DNA from: Antedon mediterranea
Taxonomy: Eukaryota > Animalia > Echinodermata
NCBI RefSeq assembly: GCF_964355755.1
Contig: NC_092670.1
Location: 29,066,388 to 29,130,387 of the forward strand
DNA length: 64,000 bases
Direction: 5' to 3'
Positions 21,810 through 35,277 of this stretch are shown one piece after another (positions within the stretch are counted from its first letter, which is position 1; every line of letters starts with the position of its first letter). The position numbers were made by a program, and so were the translations under genes. Under the pieces are notes generated by a model. That model ran no database searches and was not told the origin of the DNA. It saw only the letters and a program-made list of their open reading frames with translations.

Positions 21810-22068
21810 TAATTATAATAATAATAATTATTAGTGATAAAGCGCCTAATGTTGTGAAAAATCTAAGCGCTGTACATATTATTACCCTGGTCATTTTTGG
21901 ATTAAACATATGGAAACATACTCCCATAATGCAGCTAGAAATCAGCGCAAACTTGTGTCTTAACCTATACCCATTTGTACACCGTTGTGAAGAAAGGAAA
22001 ATGTAAGTAAAGTGTCTTGCCTAAGGATACAGGCAATGCGACAAGCGTTGGATTCGATCTCACGATCA
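21810..22068 (-). mobile_element. tRNA-derived CORE-type SINE fragment with L2-like tail
   Basis: Reverse complement has a degenerate B-box, CORE-like gtatccttaggcaagacactttact...aaatgggta, then agcgcttag...aggcgcttt and a (TTA)n tail. Confidence 0.6.
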
Positions 22069-22906
22069 GTAGTCTATTCCCTTAATGTTTGTAAACAATG
22101 TCGACATACTGCTTCTCTGGAAGTGAAAGGAACTAAATTTATCATGAATTCATGCCACGCAAGCTGTATAGTATACCATGACTAGTAATTGTGGTCAAAA
22201 CAATGTCCACATAAGCCCTTCTTTTCAGCAGAGTTTCAGTTACAGATCAACATAAAGCCTACCTTTACAAGCAAGCAGACAGTCATAGCATTCTACCACT
22301 ATCTTAAAGCAATAAGACAATCTTCCTACTGTTTTTGAATAATTATAACTGCATCATGTAAAACTAATAATAATTGGGAGCTTAGCTTAGGATTTGCGAT
22401 GACCAACCTAGGTCAAATTTATGAGTTGTCAGTCTTCACTTTGACATAGAAACCATCAAATCTGTGTCGAAGTTAGGAGTGAGGACATGCATCCCATAAA
22501 TCTCCGCATATACACAATGATGTAGTTTGGACATTGATCATCGAAAATCAAATGCTCCCTAATAATGAGTAAAAACATCTTCAGTCTTCTCGCATGTTGT
22601 ATGTGTAACATCCACTGAACTTTGACAATACTGTATAAAGCACAATATAGATGCGATGTAAAGTGCTTAGAAATAAGTATATAAGTCAACCATTACTATA
22701 ATATACTAATCCGATTGGCCTTCTACTATACTAAATACTTGATTTTGAATTGACTTTCATACTTCCCTACATATTTGCTTTACTACTTACTTATTAGTGA
22801 TTATAGTTCACAAACATTTAATTGCAGTGTGCTGCTAGAAATTTAAATTGCCAAAATGTTATAGGCATTATAATATTACCTTTCATTAATACAATTCTTT
22901 TTACAG

Positions 22907-23048
22907 TTTACTGGTCAGTTAGCATTATTAGGATTGGCTGAATTTGTTCTACATCTGACCCGACTAAACCCAGACATACTGCAAGTTGAACAAGATACTG
23001 GTCAGCTGTCTATCTTCTACTTCAGATTTGACATTGATGACACATCAG
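22907..23048 (+). CDS. TRRAP: TRRAP exon 16 of window (degenerate catalytic-loop region)
   Basis: ttacag|TTT...G|gtatga. Translates FTGQLALLGLAEFVLHLTRLNPDILQVEQDTGQLSIFYFRFDIDDTS. It lacks DRHxxN/DFG, as expected for the TRRAP pseudokinase. Confidence 0.95.
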
Positions 23049-23502
23049 GTATGATCTAAAAGTTTTGCTTTAATTCGAAAGATATAATTATATATATAAT
23101 TAGTTATGCATAACAATTGCTGTTGAAGTAGGTGGTATCAGAAATTACTTGATTTCTCGCACCAGTTTTAGTTGTTCTTTATGCTACTACAGTTCAAAAC
23201 AAATTCAACTTTTTGTAAGTGGAGCAAGTTTGATTGATTTTTCGAGTTGGAAGAATTTATTGAACTGAAATTTGTAATCTGTTGATACTACAGATGATAA
23301 AGAATGAAGATAAATAAATAAACATACATTTTCTTGCAGGAAACAAGATAAATCAAAAAATGTGTTGTTACCATTTATATGCTTTCTATAATTAAAAATA
23401 ATATTTTTAATTATCCAATCAAATGATGTCATGATCAAAATGAACAATAAAATCGTTGTATCATAATTTTATTGCTTTTACTAATCATGATCTCATCTGA
23501 CT

Positions 23503-23700
23503 GGACTGGAGTGAGTGGCCGAGCAGTTAAGACAATTGAACCGTGTGTTCGAGGCTCTCTCGCTGCATGGCGGTAGAACAAGTCTTTTTGGATAAGCACT
23601 ATAAAGTGTAGGTCCAGTGTACACACATTGCTCATGTTCACTTAAAAGAACCCATTACATCTTTCGAGACGAGTAGAGAGTTACCACGGTGTACTAGTAG
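23503..23700 (+). mobile_element. tRNA-derived SINE fragment with Deu/Nin-like domain
   Basis: A-box gtggccgagcagtt and B-box-like gttcgagg. ggataagcactataaagtgtaggtcc...ttaaaagaaccc...gagtagagagttaccacggtgtact resembles the Deu/Nin domain from memory. Confidence 0.55.
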
Positions 23701-26382
23701 GGCAATTGCAACTTTACGTACAGTTTGAAGACTTTTGTGAATTGTATTTTGAAACGTAATATATAAAATATGATGAAAAGTTTTGAGTTGATTAAGTCCA
23801 CTATTTTTAGGGTCGTTATCATTTGACAAATGGAAAATGGTTGAAGCCAGAGAAAAGTTATTTCGGAATAAAAAGAAGTTTAATATTGTTAAATTTTGCC
23901 TAAATTTACCATAAACTATTTGTATCTGGTGGCATGGTGACTACTGTATGTATCTGATTAAAATAGACTTGATACTAATAATATAGCAGATTGTTATTAT
24001 ATTATTGTTGTAGATTATTTTTATTAATTTATTATTATATTTAAACCTTGGTTTACATCATATAAAGTAGATAGAAAAACTAGGCTATACACACATACTT
24101 GCTTTAAATACATATTTCCCATGCATACTGTACACTTCATGTATCAAACTCAACAATTTCAGCCTTAAACAATATTTTTTATAAAATCAATTTGAGGTAA
24201 ATGTACAGTATCTAAATAATTTTCTCTTCAAACTACTATTTTCATATTAAGATATTGTGGAACCACAAAGGTTTAATATTGGATTAAAACATGGCAAGCT
24301 AGATGCCAAGACCTTTTACAGATCAGCCTTAAATACGTAATATTTTTACTTTTAATATTTCTCTATGAAAGCAAATGGCCTAGACTTTTAAAATAAAGTA
24401 AATTGTTTTAATCACATTTTAACATCCAAATTAAGCTACTCAAACTACTATACTATACTATAAGTTTAAATTTAATGTACTATTGAGACAAATAAATTCA
24501 ATCACATAGATATAGATATAATATTGAACAAATAAATGTAAATTCTGAAACATTGTACTCTATTTGGCTATTAAAAATATTTAATCTTCCCTCAAATATA
24601 GTCGATGTTGATTATTATGCCTTCGACAAAAAAAAAGATAATTAAATGAAATGTTCACGATTTATGGATTATTTTTTAATCATTTAATCATAAGGCTAAA
24701 AAATGATAGTTTCAGCTAAAAAAAATCCATATCAATATCTAATACTCAACTAAGAAAAAATGATTTGTGTTTTTGTTATGGACGTACACACCTAAAATTA
24801 AGAAATTTTGAACAGTCAACATTTTTTAATTTCTAGGAAACATTTTAATTATGCATTTCCTTAAAAATATTCAACAAAATTGCCTTCATGTTAGAAAAAT
24901 CATTTTACAGTATATGTTTGTAAATTCAGTTTTTAGCAAAATTCAGAAAAAAAAATCAAGGAAAGAAAACATTTTTAAAATGTACATCAGACAACAATAT
25001 TTGTTTTTTTTCATATTATATATTTAAAAAAACAATTATAATTAATACAAGTTTTGTTGTACTGGGTGACCTTTCGCTGGAATTGCCCAGTAGTACTTAC
25101 ACAGACGTAATGGCACCATAGTTGACTGGCAGTGACACGATGGGACCCTTAGGGGAGAAGAATGTTGTTGAAAAGGTGTAAAAGTCTAGAAATAGTTAAA
25201 TCCTATTGTTCATTATGGTAATAATGCTGTTGCCCGTGTCAATTGCAATACGAATTGTAAACATGGAATTTAAACGTCTGTGTTTGAACTGTTACAGGAT
25301 TACACTTACACATAGAAAATATGATTTTTTTTTATGTATAACTATTGTATAATATATCACTATAACAGTGTATTCACTGGTGATGTTAAAATGGGAAATA
25401 TTACTAATAAATACAACACAACTTTCAATTTTTGTTCTAAATAGTATACTTCATATACAAACAGACCAGGTCAGTAAAAAAAAAAGAGAGTTATGTGTAT
25501 TACATATTGGGCTAAATGTTAATTGGAGTTGCCCTCTGTCATTCTCTGCAATTTGCCAAATATTTCACTCTGTGTGGTTTTTTTAAATCGAAATTTGGCA
25601 TTACAATCAAAATCTGAGTAGGTAGTTTCAGAGTAATTTAAATTAAAATATTAAAAAAGATAATTAAATACATTAATTCAAAATTTAATCTAGATTAATA
25701 GTTGTAGCTTTCTGTGAAGCAATTGCAGCGCGATCTTTTTTATAAACCGGTTTCGAAGAACACCATTCTTTTGTGGTTTTTTTTTCAATGGAAATAAGCC
25801 CTAAGATATAATAGCATTTTATAATTAATTTCATACTTTACTGCTAAGAATAAAACACCTTTTTGTTATTTTTTGGATTTTTAATTGAGTGAATGTAATG
25901 TGTTGTGTGCAGTAGATGGTAATTACTGTTCAATGATACAATATATTAGTGGGTGGTTGTTGGCGATGGCCTCATTACCCACAATCTGCTTCAAATTGAT
26001 GCTTTAATATTTTTTTATGGCAAACTTGACGCCACTAAGTCATAATGATGTCATTGACATATCACATTTGAAGAGGGATCAATAAAATCATTGAAGCGTT
26101 TTATGCACAAACATTTTGACATGAAGCATTAACTTTAACTAAATATTAGAAAACGAAACTCAGTGACATTGCAATATGCTTGGTATACATGTCATTAGTA
26201 GGTAGTACCTCTTTTTATAGAATGACAGCAATTCCTTTTTGGGGTCCCTTTAGCTACCAAGAAATTGGGCTAAGTATTCACATCATTTCTAACCATTTTT
26301 TCCTCATAGCATAAACAGGCAAGTAGACTACTACTTTAACATCACTTTAACGAAATATTTTTATATTTATATCTTGCCTCAG

Positions 26383-26579
26383 GTGAACTCGATGCTAACC
26401 GGCCTGTACCATTCCGCCTCACACCGAACATTGCCGAGTTCTTGACATCCGTTGGAATAAATGGTTTGCTGTCCGCATCAATGATATCAAGTGCACGTTG
26501 CCTCGTACAACCCAATTTCCAGTTGGTTGCGCTTTTGCGTGCTATATTGAGGGATGAAATGATAGCCTGGGATAAGAAG
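26383..26579 (+). CDS. TRRAP: TRRAP exon 17 of window
   Basis: cctcag|GT...AAG|gtatgg. Translates ELDANRPVPFRLTPNIAEFLTSVG...ILRDEMIAWDKK. Confidence 0.95.
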
Positions 26580-27019
26580 GTATGGATGATGTTTATGATC
26601 CATTAATCTTTCAGCAAAATGAAATATAAACTTTGAAAATATCAGTGTTTATTCTCCAGTACATTAACTGAATCAGCTGTATTTGACAGCATAGAAATTC
26701 AAAATACTTAATCTTTTTCATAGTTTGTTTCCATTCTCGTCTGGCAGAGTGGTTTGTTATTGTGTTAATGTCTTCCTGTCTCTCTTTTATTTTGGTAAAA
26801 AAATATTGCAAAAAAAAGAGTAAAACTGCTCTGTAGTGTGCGCCATCTATAGTGGATGTTTTGGTCTATAACTGTTATGAAAATATATCTATTCCACGTA
26901 ACCATATTTTCTCTTGAGAAAAACATGATTACCTCGGGAGTATCAAATGTTATTTTTCACTTCTAATCAGGTAACATCTGTATAAAGTTCTCAGTATATA
27001 TCTATATTATTTTTCATAG

Positions 27020-27128
27020 AAGCAAGATGATACTTTACCAGCAGGTTCTCAGCCCTTCAACATGAAAGGAGAGTTGCTGAATACTACTGTAATGAGAGCA
27101 GTGAATGCTATCATGACCAGGTTACAAA
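27020..27128 (+). CDS. TRRAP: TRRAP exon 18 of window
   Basis: ttcatag|AAG...A|gtaagt. Translates KQDDTLPAGSQPFNMKGELLNTTVMRAVNAIMTRLQ. Confidence 0.93.
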
Positions 27129-28707
27129 GTAAGTAAAAAACAACATTAAACTCATTAAAAGCTCATTAGTCAGCTTTTAATGAGTGATGAACTCCAATGA
27201 CTAAAAACACCGTCATTAATGTAGGCACCAAAATATTTGTAATAAAATTCTTAAGTTGATGAATGTCAACCAGTGGAACCCACACTATAAGGGGACATCT
27301 TGGGGATAGGGGTTGGCTTTAGTGTTAAAACATATATAGGGAGGAGTTTACTGTATTTAGAAAAATTCTGTTGAATATTTTGACTTTTTTAACTTACTGT
27401 AAATCAAACCATTCAATCCTGAATTGTATGATGTTTAAAAAATATATCTATATTAAGTAACATAGGGTACATACAAAATAATAATGTCTAGAACTCATTC
27501 AACAACTTTAAATAAAAGCATTTAGTTTAGAATCATGTTCCATTTTTTAAAACAATGTTGAGTGACTGGGTGTATATCGTTTTATTATCACAATTAATGG
27601 ATTGAAACAAAATGCATTCACATCTTGTTTAAGGAATGTATAATAATACAAGCCAGCAGCAGGTTTTTAGGTACACTATGTTGCCAAAGAGAAAGTTTAA
27701 AATTATGATTACAAATTATTCCAATGAATAGATGTTTCAAGATACCTTGTATTTTTATATTTTGCATATATTGGTTGCATTTTTGTCTTTTAAACACAAT
27801 TAAGTAAAAGGTGCCATGGGCATCCCTTCTTGATTTGCCCAATAATCATAACCACTTGGATTTACATCCAATTTAACAATAATTTACTAATTTAGGCTGT
27901 CAACATAAATCTGCATTCTAATCTAATAGAATACCCTAATTTTTATGAGTATATATTTTTCTTTTTTAAAGGAGAAAGTCAAACGTATAACTATCATTAT
28001 CAAGCTAGTTTTTTTCTCCTAAAGATTTTTCTCCTGGTTTTCATGATTTATGTAAATTTGCTAAATGTGTGATCATTATAATCACAGCTTGACAGGTTGT
28101 AAAGGGCGATATACAGTGGTGTTTAACTGGCATGGTTAGTTTACAACCTAAATTAAAGTTTTTATGACCTGTCACAATCAAAGGGCTCATGTATTGAATC
28201 TAGAATTAATGTAAACCACATTCATGTGCTTATTAACAAGATAAAATAGCAGTCTGTCATTAAGGCAAGACATGAGCTATTGATCTTGTGAGGAAGTATA
28301 GTTCATGTGGAGGTTAACGACATGATATATTCTGAAAAGAGGATCATCTGCTTCACATCTTCAACAGGAACTTAAAACTTTTGTAGCATTTTCTTAGCAG
28401 ACGCGCAGTACCAATATAAACAAAGGAGGAAATATATGATTGATCGATTGGAATAAATATATAGCATTTAATATTAATTATGCATGCCAGCTCTGATCCG
28501 TGTGGTTCTGAATCTGACAAATCCACCAATTAATTCATAATGCAGACTGAGATTAAATTATGTTTCAAATATTTCTAAATATTCCCCCAATCAATATGCA
28601 TATGTCTTAATTTACTGTACTTTTACTTTGTCTATATTAATTTATTTTTTTCCTCTTTCATTACTGTAGCCTATGCTTCTTCAAGTACTGTTTCTGACTG
28701 TAGTATT

Positions 28708-29650
28708 ATACAGATATTGACTGCTTAGAGGTTAAATATAAGATTTGACATCCCCGAGGGAATGATATTAAGTTCGAGGGAATATATATTTCCCGAAGCG
28801 GCAGCTGAGGGAAATATATATTCCCCGAGAACTTAATATCATTCCCGAGGGGATGTCAAATCTTATATTTAACCGATATAAAAGGCAATATCTGTTATAT
28901 TATATAGCCAAGAACAAGTCTGCTGGGTTGGGTGAAACTAGGCTAGGCCTCCTATAGTATTTGTATTGTATTTAAACAAGCCTGCCTAGACACCTTACCT
29001 TGCGAAGAATAATATACCGATAATTACTAATTAATGATTCCTTGGCAATAAAATATTCACTTAGGCCTAGGTCGTTTAAATTAACAGAAGAATTTCCATC
29101 AATAAGCCTATTAAAAATAATAATATTATAATCAGGTAGGCCGAATAAACAATTCGTCTTCTTCTCGATCTTCGAGGAGCCGAATCACCGGATGTTCAGC
29201 GCGTACTAGTTACTAGGTTACTACCGTGAGTATTGACCAATCACAAACGGTGTTTCATCACATTTAGGGTGGACTTATAACAAATGAGGGCGCTATGTAT
29301 GCATAGTTTAAATAGTTTAGATGATTAATTTCTTCAAGCAACTTCCGTGGCGCAGCGGTTGAAGCGTTGTCTTGCGATGGAGTGACAATTCCACCCGAGT
29401 TCAAGATCGAGTAGATGACTTTTGTTTATTTATCGGCAACGCGAGTGTTGGCACACGAAAATTACACAGTCAATATCATCGTACTCGAGAATCTATATGT
29501 TTAATGACAGGGGACACGATAATTACGCGAAAATTACACAGTCAATATCATCGTTCTCGGGGATATATACGATTTACGATCCTCGCAGCGGTAGTCATGT
29601 GATGCAGTTTCAACCAATCACGTTAGCGTATTTACATAGGCTATGTAATA
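28708..29650. mobile_element. Non-autonomous hairpin-bearing element with asymmetric inverted repeats (family unassigned)
   Basis: 145-bp palindrome at 28730-28874 with an outer stem at 28711-28719 / 28886-28894. IR tattatatagcc (~28898) / ggctatgtaata (~29639). Internal A-box/B-box-like segment at about 29345-29410. Confidence 0.6.
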
Positions 29651-29885
29651 TATCAATATAATGTCTCTGTCTCTGGCTAGCACATGCCTGGGTCTAAAAT
29701 CAGAAATTACTTCTTCCTTTGACCATGTATGTCGTGGAAACTTTTAATATATATATTTATGTATATTAAATGTGAAATTAATTTTGTCATTCATTGTATC
29801 TATGGTAATCCTGGGTAATACTTTAGACTACACACATAAATGTGTGAACAGTTCATTGATTTGGTTTTTGTATTTTTTTTTCCAG

Positions 29886-29995
29886 ATCTTGCACAGTTTG
29901 AAGGAGGAGAGAGCAAGATAAGTACCCTGGTAGCTGCAGCAAACAGTCCTGACAACCTGTGTAGAATGGATCCATCATGGCACCCATGGCTTTAG
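29886..29995 (+). CDS. TRRAP: TRRAP terminal coding exon (FATC domain, TAG stop)
   Basis: ttccag|AT. Translates LAQFEGGESKISTLVAAANSPDNLCRMDPSWHPWL*, the canonical TRRAP FATC end. Confidence 0.97.
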
Positions 29996-30187
29996 AAAGC
30001 AACAGCAAACAACATTCCGGACAATCTGTAGAATGGATCCATCTCTGGAAACATGCCGTTAGGTAACAGCAGCAGCAACTGGGCCTGACAATCTTAAGAA
30101 TGGATCCATCTCTGGCACCATGGCTTTAGGTAACAGCAGCATCAAATGGGCTTGGCAATCTTTGGATTTGGGCACTCTTAGCTTTAG
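29996..30187 (+). repeat. Three degenerate tandem copies of the last ~66 nt of the TRRAP CDS in the 3' UTR
   Basis: Units 29996-30062, 30063-30129 and 30130-30187 retain gcagca.., gacaatct, agaatggatccatc and gc..ttag from the FATC-coding segment 29930-29995. Confidence 0.85.
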
Positions 30188-30727
30188 TGTCAATGGTATA
30201 ATAAGTGATGAATGAATTTAGGAAGCAAAAAGGTTTATTGATTTGATATACATGTTTGCAACTATTAATTTTAGGAATATATAAGATATACCTTGCCATT
30301 AAAAAAAATATTGAATTTCGGAAGTATGTCAAAGTATGCAGCTCGTTGATGAAATTGTATGCATGCATCTGTATATCTTTCTTTGCATAGTGTACAGTGT
30401 CTTTATTAATCTGTTGCAAAAATCCAAATCTATTCAGTTTACACAAGATCCGGTGTGAACAGTTTTGAATATCAGATGCAAGTAATTTAATAGGGTTATA
30501 TTCTATCTATATTGCAGTTTTGTGGCTCATTTATGTTGGTGTATATGTTACAGTACCGCTGCTTGGATCATAGTTAAATTACTCTGTCCCCAGTGTTACT
30601 TCTGATTGTTTGGATTTCATTTTGATGTTTTTAATTACCGCATTCAGTAAAGTTGCACGCCATTTCCCTTTTGAACCATTAATGGTTTTTACAATGTTAT
30701 AGACAAGATCTTTACTGGACTCCCTAA

Positions 30728-31476
30728 AGCCTGTTTTCCTGTCGACGCTATCATCGTTAATCGTTAAAAGTTCAACGACGATCGTTTGAAAACGATCAAG
30801 TTGAAATGTTAACGATAGCGCGAACATTTGATTTCTAGCGTTGAACGTTAGAGTTGAAACTCCGGTCTTCTTTCTCGAAGTCGTCGTAACGCGCAAAAAT
30901 GAATAGAGGACTCCCCTGCCTCTAGCAGTAGGCTCACAGTGTAGGACACGTGGGCCTAGGCATACTAATATCTCTATACTGATGGTTCTTCGTTCTCAGT
31001 AGGCCTATCCTAGTCCAAATAGCATTTTGGACTAGGCTTAAGACTTTGACCTACCTAATATCCCCGCGCCTACTTTCCGGAACATCATTTTATAGTAACT
31101 TTGGTAAGGCTGCTAGGCCTAGCTTTGACCGCGCCGCGATGCAACAAAAATAAATGTAGTCAGGAGAATTTGCCATCAATTATGTGACGTCATGTGCTGT
31201 ATCGCCATGATGATTTGCCAGTTCTTACGTTTTAGCGTTTCGATATCGCTAGAGTTGAACTGGATTCAACTCTTGCGATTGTAAACGATCGCGACTTGTA
31301 GCGTCGATTAGCGTCGATTATTACACCTTTTCCTGTAAATCGCCGACATTTTGTATCGTCATCGTTAGTTAAAAAAGTCCCTTTTCCTGTAAATCGTTAA
31401 AATTTCTATGTTTACGTTGAAGATCGCTGATTTTTGTTAACGATAGCGTCGAATAACGTCGACAGGAAAACAGGCT
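30728..31476. mobile_element. PIF/Harbinger-type MITE
   Basis: TAA|agcctgttttcctgtcgacg ... cgtcgacaggaaaacaggct|TAA: a perfect 20-bp TIR with a 3-bp TAA TSD. Confidence 0.85.
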
Positions 31477-33914
31477 TAAAAGGTCTGGAACATTTATACA
31501 AAGATTACAAAAGTACACAATTTTCGCAGATATTAACATGGGCATTTACTTTCAGAAAAATAACTGAAGCCAAAAAAAAATGTGCCTTGAAAAAGTGGTG
31601 ACCACAATAATATGCTTCATTTATATTGTAACTTGTAATTTAGCCCCTTGATATGAGCAGTTACAAGTATACTGTATTTTGACCTGTCCCATCCCCCTGA
31701 TTGGTGTCAATTATTATGTTGTTGTTGTTGCCACAGAATTTAACAATTATTAATTTATTTAATATTTTATTTATTTATTTATTTAAACCAAAGTGTCTGT
31801 ATATTTTACTACAGATTTTACTAAACTTTTTACGGTTAACTTTCTATCATTCACAAATAGAATAATGTTTTCCAATGGAGGTTTTGGCAGGAAATTACTG
31901 AAGGTGTTCACTGGACTGTTAAGGTGTTCACTGGACTGTTTTGTAAAACTAATTAGATGCGCAGTTATAATCATTTGCCAGGCTAACACTGCTAGCACTT
32001 TCTCATTTCACATACAAAATAAATAAGCAGAAAGTTAAAACAACCAAAAGAAATGTCAAGGTTTCTCTTTAAAATAAATGTTTGTTTAAATACAAGAGTT
32101 AATCAAGTTTAAATTGAACAGAGTAAAAGAATGATTGTAAGGAGAGCCAAATTATCTTTTAGTTAATTATTTTCAATGAAAATAGTTTTACTAAACTTAA
32201 TGTGGAAATGTTCTATAGGCCAACTGTACAAATATGTGACATGCTAAATGTATACTATTTTTATAATCACATTTCGATCACTATTATATTCATTTTCTCT
32301 CAAAATACATGACTATCAATGTGTATGGCCATCAATTTAAATTAAATACATTATTTAAAAATTAATTAGATCTTCATTTTTATATTATATTTTATTTTCA
32401 CTTTCAGTTATTATAATTTATAACATTTTATAAATTAAAATTTCATCATTATTGTAAATATCAAATTTTAGATTTTGGATATTAAAATGTCTGTAAATCA
32501 AAGAAAAAAAAATGATATGATGACTTTTATAACCGGATTTTAGGTTTGGTATTTATTTAGTTTTTATTTTACATTATCTAAAATGATGACTTTGATTTTC
32601 AAAGCCAAGTTGTCAATATTTAAGTGTGATAAGTATTTTCTGAAGTCATTATGTGAAGTATCTTAAGTTTTGTAATTTTTTGTTAACTCCAAATCTACAA
32701 TTTGTTTTAGATCTAAATGATGCCAAATTAAATTGTACATTTTTAAAAGACTCCTAAACGGCAGACATTTTAGGCTGAACCATAACTCACATAGCGTATC
32801 CAATACATCTTTATTCAACCACAAGTTTTCTCTTGTCTCTCTCTTTTTATTACAGTTGTACAATGCATTGTATTGTATGATATAAGATAGAGGGCGCTAT
32901 TGAAGATTTTGTTTATTACTAAAACTACTATTTTAGTACTGTACAACCAACCATGTACCCATAAAATTTTGTTTTTGGGGTTTTTTCACAAGGCATTTAG
33001 AGTGATACACACATTTTGCAGTTGTATTATGAACTAAATATCTAAATAGTGCTGCACTTTGTTTTACAGTTTTTCACTAAACAAATTATACCTAGACAAA
33101 ATTATTTTCTATTAAAACGTCGGTCTAAATTCAATCAATGATTATTTATACAGTATGTGCAGGCTGTGTGTGATAAGTGATGATTCCAAAAGGACCAAAC
33201 ATATCATAACAATAACAAGCATTTGTCAGACAATATATTGATCTCAGCTAAAGGCTGTAATGATTAATGCGTCTCCTGGGATGATGTAAACTTTCTATTC
33301 ACTTATTTCTAAGATACTTAAACAACCATGCTAATAATGAGGACATTGATTGATCGATTTGTATATTTTGTGTCTTAATTGAAATATTCAAGCTTTTTTT
33401 ATGATACCCAAACATTATTCTTGTTTTTTTTATATAATAAATTGCTCTTTGAATGAAGTTGTCTATTTAATGTCTTGAAAAAAACAATATTAGAATAGTG
33501 ATTTCTTTACATTGTTTATTTGATGATTTATGAACATTATGATATAAACTATAAAATGTAATATTATACAGGTGAACACTTTGGAACCCCAACAAAGTTT
33601 GCCTATAGTCCTAGGGGTTCCATCTCTCCTCCCTCTTCCTTTTTCTTCCAAAGGAGGGTTTGTACTAAATTTGTTTTAATTATATGGTCTGTAAATTTTC
33701 TAAATATATAATTTAGAGTAACTATTAATAATATTAATAGTAAATATTTAAAATTCTTCATTTGCAGATTTCTATTGGTTGGAGAGAAAGACCTTGTTTA
33801 TAAGTTAATAACAATAATAGATGAGAATAGAGTTTTTTGTTGGGGTTTTTTAGTTTTCAGACTCATTTTGGTTGTTTATTGATTGTTCTTGTCATCACAA
33901 AATCACAATGGTAT

Positions 33915-34255
33915 TGGAGATTCAAACACTTGTCAAGATAACGTCTTTATTGGAGATTCAACCACTTGCCCAGATAATATTTGTATTAAAGATTCAACCA
34001 CTTGCCCAGATAATATCTGTAATCAAGATTCAAACACTTTCCAAGATAATGTCTGTATTTAAAATTCAACCACTTGCCTAGATAATTTCTGTATTAACCA
34101 CTTGCCCAGATAATATCTATTAAAGATTCAACCACTAGCCTAGATAATGTCTGTATTGGAGATTCAACCACTTGCCCAGATAATGTCTATATTGGCGATT
34201 TAACCACTTGCCCAGATAATATCTGTATTAAAGATTCAACCACTTTCCTAGATAA
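33915..34255. repeat. 36-bp satellite, left segment
   Basis: Unit (gg/aa)agattcaaccacttgcccagataatatctgtatt. The array is interrupted at 34256 by a TIR element. Confidence 0.95.
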
Positions 34256-34441
34256 TAGTCCGGTGTCAGGAGGGGGAATCACCACCTGAAAGGGGACAAA
34301 TTGCCATCAAACTTTTCTAGACCAGAATTTTCTGTAGATTACGAATATGGAAGGTAATCGATCAGGTTAGGAAGCGTTTTCGAGATATAAGGGGTCAAAG
34401 TTCAAAATTGACCAATTACAACAATGTATTATGTATATGTA

Positions 34442-35277
34442 TCTATATATAAATTTACGTAAGGGCAAAATTCGGTAAATCGCGCCTTACTTTTAGAATT
34501 TTTACTCGATGGTATATAAAGTTGGTTCGTACTTTCGGTACTGATTTTAACCATCTGATGTAACCCTGTTTACTAATTAAATTAAGTTAGATAATTAGTT
34601 ATTGACGATTAAAACGAATTTAGGTTCAACGATTTGCTCCAGATAGGGGTGTTTTCCGATCGTGGTATACACTGTCTAATGGATGTCCATCTTGAAAAAT
34701 ACCCGAAATAATGAGCTAACGTTTTCAGTCGCCGTAATTTAATATTTATTACCGATTAAATCGAATTTATGATTTGCCCCGAATAGAGGTGGTTTTCACC
34801 AATTGTTTAACATTATATATAAACATACGTCGTAGTGTATCGTTACATGTACTGTACTATTTCAATCGACTACGACGGTGATAGTTTCAACAAAGTATTA
34901 CATCGCAATGTTTTACTGTGTTTAGTGGTATATTATTTGTAAAACATGTTAATTAATATTTCGTTACAAAATAAAGAATATATTTAAAAATTGTTCATCT
35001 TTGCACCCATCCTCTTCCCCATCCCTCAACCCTAATATTACATACAAAACACAAATTAAGTTTGTTTAAATTTGACTTAAACAATTGGTCTCATTTTGTG
35101 ACAAGTTTCTCTTTCGGAAGTAATTCCCATGGTGCTAATTTTAGTTGAGTACATAAATCAGTGTCTATTTATTTGTTTCTGTAAACGACATGTATTATTG
35201 TACGTACATTTGAAATCGTCAGTTTTTTAACGCTGAAATTATTATGTATACGAGAACCATCTGTGGGCACGACCTAG
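34442..35277 (+). mobile_element. Non-autonomous Helitron (family B) copy 3, nested in a TIR
   Basis: A|TC...gacCTAG|T. The empty site tatgta|ttataac is visible in the opposite TIR (~39186-39198, reverse complement) and in the internal duplicate at about 35812-35824. Confidence 0.9.

Noticed and set aside
22907-23048. Loss of kinase catalytic motifs as a sign of pseudogenisation
   Set aside because: TRRAP/Tra1 is a known pseudokinase, and all exons are in frame with intact splice sites.
27272-27355. Tc1/mariner-like MITE remnant (cagtggaacc...gagtttactg-ta)
   Set aside because: Too short and degenerate to support boundaries or a TSD.
30126-30896. Minus-strand ORFs of 106 and 105 aa
   Set aside because: They lie antisense to the 3' UTR and overlap the MITE, with no domain-like content.
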